In this document: positions 14,401 through 26,400 of the stretch, piece by piece
Numbering within the stretch: the first letter of the stretch is position 1
How the letters are laid out: every line of letters begins with the position of its first letter
Assembly: GCF_964355755.1 (NCBI RefSeq)
Contig: NC_092673.1
Coordinates: forward strand, 28,703,648 to 28,767,647
Direction: 5' to 3'
DNA: 64,000 bases
Source of the DNA: Antedon mediterranea
Lineage: Eukaryota > Animalia > Echinodermata
Made by a program: the position numbers and the translations under genes
Notes under the pieces: generated by a model
What the model saw: only the letters and a program-made list of their open reading frames with translations
What the model was told of the DNA's origin: nothing
Databases searched by the model: none

Positions 14401-17400
14401 ACCAAGTGATAATTATTATGTATTAATACTAGACAATGTAGACAAAACACATTTCTATTTATTCATTAATATTGCTATCTTTTTTATCAAATTGTATCCT
14501 ATTTAAAGATATGTAAAGAAAAAAACTGACCTGTTTCTGTTCATCTAGTATATCCAGAACTGTGGGCAAACAACTCAACTTTCCAATCTCTATGACCTGC
14601 AATGAATTACACTCATTATAGTGTAGTGTGACAGTTTAGTATAATAGAGAGGTTTCGCAATCTTACGAATACGATAACGAAAACGTCACGCACACGTATT
14701 CATTTTCGTAAGCCATAAAAAAATCTGTACGTGTTGCTTGGTGCTTGGCTGCCTAGGCCTAGCGTAACATCAAAGCGAGTGAGGAATTTAAAAACTGCTA
14801 TTTATCAAAATTGACCTGGCATTCAAAAATCTATAATTATATTATAATCATGAATCATTCCTGATTCAAATGCAAAATGTGCAAAATAGATCAAAACTAT
14901 ACTCGTTTTGTAGTTACGAATATGACTGGTGATATTCGTCAACACGAATACGCTTTACGAATATGAAATGGGGATCAGCTCAAAAGTTTCACAAATGTGT
15001 GACGTATCCGTTTTCGTTATCGTATTCGTAAGGTTGCGAAACCTCCCTAATAGTATGCATTGTCATTTGCAGAGATAATTTTAACTTTCTAAATATATTA
15101 TCTATACTTGGTTGGTTTACCTGTTTTGTTTTTGTTTTATCACCCTTCTTTCCTGGTGCTACTGTCATCTTTTTCTCTTGGAAATTCAAGTTGAGAAACA
15201 TTTCTATCAATCCAGGCTGACTGTCAACAGCAGCGCTTAAGAATTCCAAGATTACAACACGCAATCTAGAATCCTGAAAGAAATGAAAGAATAAAATGAA
15301 TGTTGATGAAAAGACCCCAATATTTATTTCTAGTTGTGGTATACATGAATTTTACTCGTGGCTTAACAATTTACTAAATGGTTCAGAAATGTATTGAGTA
15401 TCACGGTGCTGACGTCACGACGGTAGGTCGCGCTGTGCTGCACTATAAAATGTTATGCGAGAAAAAAATGTGATGTGCCCATATATAGACACGATGATGT
15501 CACATCACTACCATATATCACCTTTTTTGTCAATTTAGTTATTTTGTTTTCTTTACTGAGAATTTCACTTTGTTTGTCCGAGTGTTGAATTTCCGTGATA
15601 GGCTTTTTTATTATTAGTAATTAATTTGCAGAAAGGTAATGTTCTTACCTCTGAATGTGATTGTAATCGATATAAATACGTGTCTCTAATAGCAACAGCA
15701 TGTGTTCCTAGGCAACCGTATATTGACATTGGAGCAACCTGAAAATAAATCAGAAATACTAAAGACTACCACTGCTCCATAAATAACCTAATCATCACTG
15801 ATGGGGAATGTAAAAACTGTTGTAGCTGAGGAAGTAATGGAGCTGTAGTTTGGTGGTAAAACATGCTTGCCTTCCTATCTCAAAGTCCGGGGTTCAATTG
15901 AATTGAATTGAATTGAAATTTATATTTATACTGGGTAACCTCTTCAGTCAAAGACTGGTCTCCCAGAGGGCCCAGTTGGTGATCAGTGGCTGTGATGTAC
16001 TAATACACCGGGGTAACCCCCTACTCGTCTCGAAAGATGTACTAGGTTCTTTAAAGTGCACACGAGCTAGATGTGTACACTGGACCTACGGTTTATAGTC
16101 CTTATCCGAGAAGACTCGTTCTACCACCAGAACCATGGAGCGAGTGAGCCTCGAAACCCTGCCGATGTTATGGCTACGTAATTACGGTTCCACTGTCTTA
16201 ACCGCTCGGCCACTCACTCACTCATGTCCATGACCTAGTGCCAGGATTGTAGTTCACAAACTGTAAAACAACCCTACTTCCCGAAACTCTGTCTACACTA
16301 TCAAACTTTATACGACAACAAAATGTGATGTGCCCATATATGGACATGATGATGTCATATCACTACCATATTTGGGCACATCACACTCTTTTTGTCACAT
16401 TAAATTTGATAGTGTAGATAGAGCTTTAGTCTCAAATGAGACTTAATTTATAAGCATGATATAGTTTATTTACATTCTCAATGTAATTGGTGTGTTATTT
16501 TTTAAATTATGACAAAAAGGGAACCTTACCACAGCTAGTCTCTTTAACAGGAGTGTTGCAAGAGTTGGTAACTTAGGATCAAACCTATGATATATATAAC
16601 CAGCAATAAGGGCAACTAAGTGTGGCTGGTGTGGAAGGCCGGTGGTGTGAGAGGTCAACACTTGTTCCATGCGCGAAGGTTCATGATTGGCTGGCTGCCA
16701 GATTAATAGTCGATTCAGAACGGAAAATGCTAGTTTTACTAGTTGTGTCAACCTTTCTACTGGACCAGAGAAAGTACTATGAAAAAAGTAAAATAATAGT
16801 TAAATTTATATGCTTTTATGAAGTTTTAATGGTATGTATTTTTTTATATTCTATAATTCTTTGTATTGTCGTCTTGTTTTGTGGATGAAGTCAGCTCATG
16901 CTGACTGGACCACCCTCTTAAAATATGGAGAGATAAACAACACTTGAAGAAATACATTAATGGTATCTAATTTGATTACACTCTACAATTTGAGCAGATA
17001 ACTGCGATAAGAACGACTTACCAGCCATTTTCATTGGCACGTTGGTCAATGGCATCGACCCCAGTTGACACGATGTTCAGTAGAGCTTGGCCAGAGTCAA
17101 AGTTCAAGAAACCATGAATGCAAGCATCACGTACCGAGACACTGAAAACAACAGAAATTTGCATAATTACAGCATAAATATTTATAACAATAATTTAATA
17201 AATTGCCTAATGTGAAACCTGTAAGCACTGTACAAATTTAATCTAATAATATTACGCAGTCATTTAAAAAAATAAAAAATACACCCATAATGCAGCTAGT
17301 CTTCAGCGCAAGTTGTGTCTTGACCTAACCGGGTACCCATTTGTATACCTGGATAGAGAGAGGCAAAGCATACAAGCAATGCGATGAGCATTGGATTTGA

Positions 17401-20400
17401 ACCTATAATCTCACGATCATTAATGCAATGTCAAACACACTGTGCCACACGCCCTTACTAAATTTATGACTTTTTTATGAATCTGTTTCAAAAATCTTTA
17501 AATAAAGAAACAAACTTACCCGGACGTTTTCTTGGAATCTGCCGATTTAATTTGAGGGATGTTGAGTACCAAGTGAAATATCTCTAAACATTTCTGACCA
17601 ATAGTCTCACGATCAGAAAAAGTATTGTAACGCCATTTATGGAAGACGGTGAAAATGTCCCTCTGCATAAAAACGACACTTGCTAACAGATCCTGTCCAA
17701 CAGCGATATCAACATTTGACGAAAGTCCCTGTAAAAAAAAAGGACATTTATTATGAATCTAAAGCCTTTCCTACACTATCAAACTTTATGTGACAAAAAT
17801 AATGTGTATTATTGACTGGGAAGTTGAGGTTTCATCATAATTGTTTCATCTATATAATTATTATCTTTAAAATTAATTTAATCAAGTACCATAACAAGTT
17901 GATTTAGAAGATTAAGGTACGCTAACGTCACGGGATACACTCCACTTGGTTGCTCATGACGATGTAACAGATTACCATAATGACCAGCGAAAATACCATC
18001 ACCACTACAATAAAACACATTTAAAACATAAAAACTTTATATAATTTATTTATAAATAATATCATATTTATCAATATATATTTCCAGGTCTTGATGTGTT
18101 GTCCTGAAAAAATAATTCAAAAATTGGACCAACAAAAATGTATTTACCTGAAAAAACTGCAATTTAAAGCACAAAATAGTCAAATTGGCTGCCAGCCAAG
18201 GGGTTTTTGGTTGAATTTAACCATTTATTTTGTCATTTTATAACTGAAAACATTATTTAGAAGTGATTAACTTCATTAAAACTACAAAATAACATATTCA
18301 ATGTCTGATTTAATAAATCTTCATTTTTCATGTTTTTGGGGGACAATACATCTTTAATGATCAGCTTTGGCTGAATGAACCACCCTCGTTAAATATTGTT
18401 GAAATAAAATTACAATAAATGAGATATTTGTGAATTACCTTGCAGCTTTTGGTACTTCTGTGTATAGATTGCCTGTATGTGGTAGAAAGCCTATCACTTG
18501 GAGCTCTTCCCATACCTAAAACAAACAAGTTTAGTTGTTTATTTTTTAAAACCAGTTAGCTTTTATTTATTTTTATTTTTTTTAATTTGCTGTGACCTAG
18601 GATCTACACACATTGTCTGAACCGAGAATTTGCCAAAACTGTGGTAAGGAATCGAGTAAAGCTCTGTCTACACTATCAAACTAGTTTGAAAGTGTGATGT
18701 GTCCAAATATGGTAGTGATATTCCCAAATATGGTAGAGATATGACATCATCATGTCCATGTATGAGCACATCACATTTTTTGTCACATAAAGTTTATTAG
18801 TGTAGACAGAGCTTTAAGGAAAACCACATATTTATCCACGTGTTCAATTAAAGTTTGATAGTGTAAACAAGGTTTTATAGTAATCTAATCTCAATGTCCC
18901 TGCATATGCACAATGAATTAACATGGCAAAAATAAGTCATCGTAAATTAAGAGTTACCAAATAAAGACATTCTTAATATTGAACTTAATAGTAAATTGTT
19001 GAATTGAAATTAAATGATGTATCACCTCTTGAGGGCGGTGTTCAGCAATTGTTGCTATGACATCAACACATGATGTAATGAGTGTCAAAGGAGGATGAGG
19101 AATGCTTGACAACCTGCAACAAAGAATACGAATCATATCAAAAAAGTATGAATACCACATATGCTGATTATTAGTAGTGGAGCTGTAGCTTGGTGGTTAA
19201 CATGCTTGCGTTCCAAGGTTCAATCTTTACCTAGTGCCAGGGTTGTAACTCACGACTCTTTCAACTGTACTCCCCAAGCCTCAAATGAGACTTAGTTTAT
19301 AAGCACAATAAATTTTTAAATATTTTATCCATCTTGAAATTGGGGAGTTTATCACTGTTGTTCTTTTTTCCCCTTTATATTTATTTAAGGCAAGCCAAGA
19401 TATGAGCACTGTAACTTCCATTATATTGGATAATAAAAGAAATCTGTACTGTATGCATATGAAATAAACAAATTGTTTCAATGCCCTCATAAAAATATTC
19501 ATATATAACAAAAGTAAGAGTTAAGCTCTGTCTACACCATCAAACTAGTTTGACAAAAAAAGTGTGATCTGGCCAAATATGGTAGTGATATGCCCAAATA
19601 TGGTAGTGATATGACATCATCATGTCCATATATGAGTACATCACATTTTTTTGTCACATAAAGATTGATAGTGTAGACAGAGCTTAAGATGGTAATTAAA
19701 CAATTATAGAAATGCTTGGATTGATAAAGAAAAACTATTTACTTACTGCTGAATAAGTCTGTACATCTGCTTCATGATTGGTCGGAAGTTGGCACATATT
19801 CCCCAATTGGATTTCAGCATGTGACCGACAAGTTCAACAATATCCTGTATCCGGTAAACTTGAATATCTGAAGGAAATCAATTCTGTTTACTTAGGAACC
19901 GTCTCAAAATTTTTCTACTGCAGTTTACTGCAGTAACTACATTTTGTTTACTTTTATTTTAGCAAGCTTTTTTTTTGGGGGAGTATACACTGTTTATTTA
20001 CAGTGAATGCATCATAAACGTTGTAAGCTAAAATCATACATTATTGCAGTAAGAAATTGTTACTGCAGCAGCTGCAGTAGAATATTTTGAAATTGCTTTG
20101 TATACTTTGCACCAGTATTACACCTACCTAGGCTTTGTCCATGGATCGTTGATTCCAAAAGATTTTCAATCTGACAGGTGAACAGAAACCAACCACTGTA
20201 TTCATAGTCCCAACGAATTAAAGGAGTACCTACGAACAAATAAGTTTAACAGTCTTTACAATTTTTGATTCACACACTAGACTTGCCCCAAGTTATTTTT
20301 ATGCTGTTAGTATTAATTTACAACACACCATTTAACAGCAAATAACATGACAATTAGAAAATAGATATTGAAAGCCCTTAAAAAACTGGACTTTGGGATT

Positions 20401-23400
20401 GGAAGACAAGAACCAGCAAGCTATAGCTCCACTATTACACACCTGTGTCTTGGTTGAAGAGCACACCTGTTGTTAATGCTGGAATTACAAAGCTATTTGA
20501 ACCATCCGCTGTAAAAACAAAACAAAACATTCAGTAAAAGACTGCATCAAATTACCTATTTAACCAACTAAGTCAATACTATGTTAAATGCTGCACATAG
20601 GCAATATATGTGTAAACGCACCTTTAGAAAACAGAACTTTGTCTGTGACCCGTGTCCACACTGCTGTATGCTTCATACTCTGTATCTCATCTGCTCTGTT
20701 GTTATCAAGTAGCTCAGTAAAGTGAGGCAGGTGGCTTGCATATTCAAATACCTGATGTAATAAACAATATTTAAACACTTAAATAAAGTCTGTCATTTGA
20801 TTCGACGATTGTGGGTCACATGGTGTGCAATAGTACGCACTATTGAACGGTCATTCAATAGTACTTTTTTTCTGTGTACGAAAACAATTTTTTTTTCTGT
20901 TTGGAAAATATTTGTTTATACTATTACTTTTGAATATAAAATAATAAAAATGTTAAAATCCAAATTTAGCAAAAGTTATTGAAAGTTATCTTCCAATGGA
21001 TAACATACTTAGTGTATATACTTAAAAAAAAAAAGACTACTCTTTAATCATCTGCCTACTCTGCTTAAATACATCTTTTATTTTCTGGCAATCGTGGCAA
21101 TTAAAAAAAAAATTATAAAAAGTTAGATACAATTTGCAATAGTTCTTTCTAACCTTCTTAGTACCGGTAGTAGCCATTGCCTTTAGTAGTTTCAACAGTG
21201 GGCTGAACTCCATGGGAAACTTCATGGTGGCTGATTGTAAAAGCATCGCTATACCTCCTTCAGAATCCTACAGTAAAGGTAAAGTACATCATGGATATTA
21301 TTAATATGCATAAGTCTTGTTGTATTGGACTTAGATCGATGGACAATAAATCTGCTTTAGTCACTAAAAGGTTTTTAGAGAGCGTTTACTATGGAGTAAC
21401 GTTGCTCTTATAAGTAATTCTTGTGCATTTAAGAAACATGTCAACAATCATTTGTTCCTGAAGAACTCAGTATGTTAGTCTATTTCATAGTGTACAGTGC
21501 TTTCATCTTTCTTTGGAAAGGTTCTTAACAAATAACTAACAATAATAAATAATTTATATTTTTATTTATTCATTTATCATCCATTCAACAATACATTTAA
21601 AATACATAGCAAAGAAAAAATACAAACAATTGAAATATTAAAATTAAAACCAAAGTGAATGGATGCAAGGACGACTCATAGAAGTCAATTTATTTCCAAA
21701 GGGGTCAATTGCAAGAGAAATCGATTAAAAAAAAATGCAAACTTACTTCGTCCCAGAATGTTTGACAAAGATGTTTCTGTTCCAACAGCTGGCATGAGAG
21801 ATGGACCAAGATATGAGGCGAACCCAGCGTTTGCTCATCGAACACTGAAAGCACCAAATTGAGAAGGCCATACACAATGGTGTGACTTAACGGCGAAAGC
21901 ACCTGTCAAAGGTAAATAAATGTTACTAAAATACAACAACTCTAGTGGTCAGGGGCGGATCCAAGTGTTCGGCCCTAAATTTCACCATTTTTACGCCCTG
22001 AGCACGCTCATATTTCAAAATCCTGGATCCGCCAATGACTGGTCCCTTAAATATTAAGTATTTTTTACTTAAGTAATTAAGTGGTATTCACTTTAGAAAA
22101 ACACTTACAGCATCTGTGTTGAAAGGCACAAGATTAAGCATCGTATACAGGTACTGAAAGACCTGTAGCTGGAGTGCAGACTGACCGAGCTTCTGAACAA
22201 ACTCTGCATCTTTGTCTGGAAAAGCAGCTGCATGGAGACTAGTCCAGGCTAAAACCAACGGTCCATAATGTATGATATTGCCCAGTGAGCTTACTAATTT
22301 ATTTAATTCCTGAAAAAGAAGACGAATAAACGGAAATGCATACAAAAATTATGTAAATTGCCTAATAATTTGTTGTGGTGGGTATTACATATAATATATA
22401 CTGTGAAGCCCAACATTTTCGTACTGTAGCCCTAAATTTTCATGATTTTACATTTGTAACTATTTTTGTTGGGTCCCAAATGTGCCCAAAGGGTTCTAGA
22501 GTATTTCAGTATGTGTAATTATTTAATGGTTTACTGTTATAACTAGGACATTGAGAGTTGTACAAATGACAACATATTTATTTTTTATTTTATTTATTTT
22601 TTATTTTATTTATTTAAAACATATTTATAGGATAAAAACATATCAGGTATAGATGTAGCACCTGTTTATGGTCCTGTTTATATATAGAAAATAAAAGGAA
22701 TAAAAGGTTAAACAGATTTTAAAAATGTAAAAAAACGTATAACCTTAAAACTCATATTCAGGAGATACTCCTGTTAAAGAGACACTTTGTTGGGTCTCGA
22801 GGGCTCTCCTGTATTTTAGTATGCACAATTATTTGATTCAAAAAGGACATTGAGAATTGTATTTGTCCATGATTGCAAATCACAAATGACAAGCAAGAGA
22901 AATAAAATAATTCCAACTGACCTTAAAAGTCTCTTGGCATGAAACAAGTTTGTGTTGTGAATTCCTGAAATATAAACAGATTCATTTACAACTGATAGTT
23001 TACCAACATTCTTGTTTAAACTTAAAATGAATTTTTTTCTTGGAGTGTTTATGTATTGTTGCAAGTGTATTTATGAATATTTTAAAGATTTTTTTTATAT
23101 GATATTTTCTGATATATTTATTGAAATGCTATATTTTATCCTAATGTGCTACTTGGTAGGAGGGTAACACTGGCTCTTGTCATAGGGATTTGGTTCACTT
23201 TTGTGTTTCCTAACACTTTACTTTGTAGTTGTTTGTTGTTGTTTTTGAAGTTTTTTGGCAATAAAGATAAGATAGTGTAAATGTGGTGGTTCGCGATCAG
23301 TGAGACACAATCAGACATGTGGAAGACAGCATTGTTTTTTTATATTTATTCTACTCTGTGCATGTATCGTATCAGGATCCATTGGTATTTATACACAACC

Positions 23401-26400
23401 AGCCATACATTTTTACACCGTGTTTCATTACTTATTATATATATTGTATATCTATTTATTATTGTACTAATAATTGTCAATCTTCAAGAAGAATTTCTGT
23501 TGTTATTTTATGATGATGATGGACAAATAAAGCATTTCAGTATTCACGTCGTGAGGTAATTTCCCGATTGATCGTAATCAAAACGGTACTGGGTATGGTC
23601 TACTAGTTTTTCTGCTCCCAACCAGTACATCCATTCATAGAAGCTTTGATGAAGTAAGCCTACCTGGTGGTGGCCATAGAACGGTCCCGAGATAACGACT
23701 ATACTTCGGCTTTAGTCAATAGAAGATTGAATAAATTGTTAGAGATAGAGTATACGATGTTATGATTATGTGTAGATATGTGATTTGTTCTTTTTATTCA
23801 AATGATGTTATGTATTTAATAAATTTGTTATATCAATAATTAAATTATCGTAGATTGCATATTATGCGATAAATATTATTTAATAAATTTTTTAGTGGTA
23901 ATTTTAAATACATTGATTAAAAGCTTCAATTATTACGAACATAGAAAGAGTATTTACCTGTCACTTGTAGTTTCACCAAGAAAATGATAAAGATCCAAAC
24001 ATTCAAGGATTATGAGACAACAGGTGAATCTACAGAAAAAGAAAATAAAACTATTATTAATTCATTTCCTTATATAACCAGAAAAGATTGCCTCAATTTG
24101 AGATGAAAAAAATCAAATACATGAACTTTAACAGCTCTAAACTATAACAAATTTGCCAAGTATATTAAACTCTTGTATGTTTGTATGGCACCATAACACC
24201 CATAATTTTCAAATTATTTTTATTTCGCAAATAGGTATAGTAACCAACGATAAATTATAAACTAGTTTGTCCATCCTGTAATTGGCAAGTTACTCGCTGT
24301 TGGATGCGTATGAAAGAAAAAAACCTGACCATTACTTACTGATTTCATTGACATCACAAACAGTTTTATCCACAACCTTAATCGGGATGTTTAATAGTTC
24401 TGAGCATTTAACTTAATACTTTCTGTACGTACCCTAATCTGTTCATTAACATATCCGCCGTGGGATCTCCATCAAACAGATGTTTATTGGTTTGTCTTGT
24501 ACCAAAACCTTGTTTCTTAATAAAATAAAAAACAAAACATGATTTGTATCAAAACACTATAAACTAAATGTCACCAAGTGGAAAAAAAGTTGTAACTGAA
24601 CAATTATTGAAAGAATTAAGTATAAAAAGAAATAAATGTATTGGACATGTTATATAAGAAAAAAAAGTTAGGAAAGTAAAAATGTTTATTTAACTGGAAG
24701 GAGAGGAAAAGAAAATGTCCAATTCAGGCAAACAATAGCCAAAATATCAGGGACTATCTACTATCTACTGTAGAGGTTTTCAGAGCTAATCAACAGGCCT
24801 AGAGACAACCATAAAGGGTCTTTCAAACCTGTTCCCGAAAGGTTTCGGTGCTGGAAAAGTCAAATTGAACGTCAATGTTCCGTTTTCATACAGCTTCACG
24901 CGGCTATGCACCAATCAATATTGGCCGGACCGAAGCAGTGTAAAAGACCCTTAATACTTGTTGTATGCTAAGAACACTTGCCATTCATTTACTATTTTTG
25001 CAATATAATATAAAAACATCTTTAGACCTTACCTGAAAGAGTTTGATTAGGCTTAGTATTCTTTTTTCTGATGCATCAAAACTTTTGAAATAAAGCAGAA
25101 TAATCTCCAACAATTCACACTGAAAGTAAAAAGAATAATAAATATTAAATCAATGATATTAACAATTTTTATTGTTTTTTTTTATTAATGTTTTTTATTA
25201 CTATAGACACACATACTTTATCCAGCATTTCTATAGCAGTTTACATTAATTTAAATTATTGCCACTTCTTGTCTATTTCAATTTATGTACAGCACATTGA
25301 GAGCTTGCTTGTATGTGCTATATAAGAATAATCTATTATCATTACCTGTTCTCTTAAGCATTGCAGTGACCATTTTAAAGACTGTCTGTCAGTCTACAAA
25401 GAAATAATAAATAATTATCAAAATTAAAAATTTATCTTATCATTACAAATTTAAAAAAAAACTAAATTAAATATATTAATAATAATAATATTAATCATCT
25501 ATAAAGCGCTCTTTACCGGAGGCTCGCAGCGCAACATGAAAAGAATAGGTATTGAAATAGGCGAGTTTTCAGAAGATTTGAATTGAAAAGGAGATGGAGT
25601 GTAACTGATGGAACATAGACGTTTAAAAGTGCAGTATAAAGAGTTGGCGTACCATAGGAGGTCCTACGTTCTGCTTGGTTGGGGCAACTGCTTGGAATCG
25701 CTCCACATATTGACTAATTAGTTTATCAATTATCTTCTTACGTTGTAGATCAACAAAACATTCAAGGTAGATACTCTGAAAAGAAAATAAGTTCATAAAT
25801 TGTATAGAAAAAAAAGTGACCGATGAAAAATATTATAAAACAATTTTTAAAAAGTATTAAGATAAAATACAGTAAATGTATGTTCATTCATTCATTTAAA
25901 ACTGGTATAATACATTATTGTCTTTTATACTTTATTTTAATGATGAACAAATTAAATTGATATGGATGACCAATATTTACATGGTCTGGATGACCAATAC
26001 TTACATGGTCTGGATGACCAGTACTAACATGGTCTGGATGACCAGTACTGTACATGGTCTGGATGACCAGTACTAACATGGTCTGGATGACCAGTACTGT
26101 ACATGGTCTGGATGACCAGTACTAACATGGTCTGGATGACCAGTACTGTACATGGTATGGATGACCATTACTTACATGGTATGGATGACCGGTTTCTTCA
26201 CAAAAGCTAAGAACTTGTTTAAGACAGTGTAATAGTTGAATTCTCTCAGTTTGGTAATATTCCCACACCTAAAAAGAAAACAAGGCAGCTTCTCAATAAT
26301 CAAAATCCTCAACAAAGAGACAATCAGATGGTTTTTATTTGATAGTAATCAAAATTCAGATCTTATAATGGTTATATGAACAATACTTTTTATATTAAAT

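Noticed and set aside
15838-15900. tRNA-gene-like segments (also 2975-3030, 9630-9690, 19178-19225, 30135-30215)
   Set aside because: A/B boxes are present but there is no complete cloverleaf. They are SINE heads.
22985-23550. Possible degenerate LINE coding remnant
   Set aside because: Strand-skewed composition only; no recognisable RT or endonuclease motif.
23640-23700. Possible hammerhead ribozyme (TTGATGAAG...GAA[A]C) in the dispersed repeat
   Set aside because: The core reads TTGATGA rather than CTGANGA and I could not build the three flanking stems. A covariance-model search would be needed.
25962-26190. CRISPR-like look of the regularly spaced repeats (also 60458-60716)
   Set aside because: There are no unique spacers, the context is eukaryotic and there are no cas genes. 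These are minisatellites.
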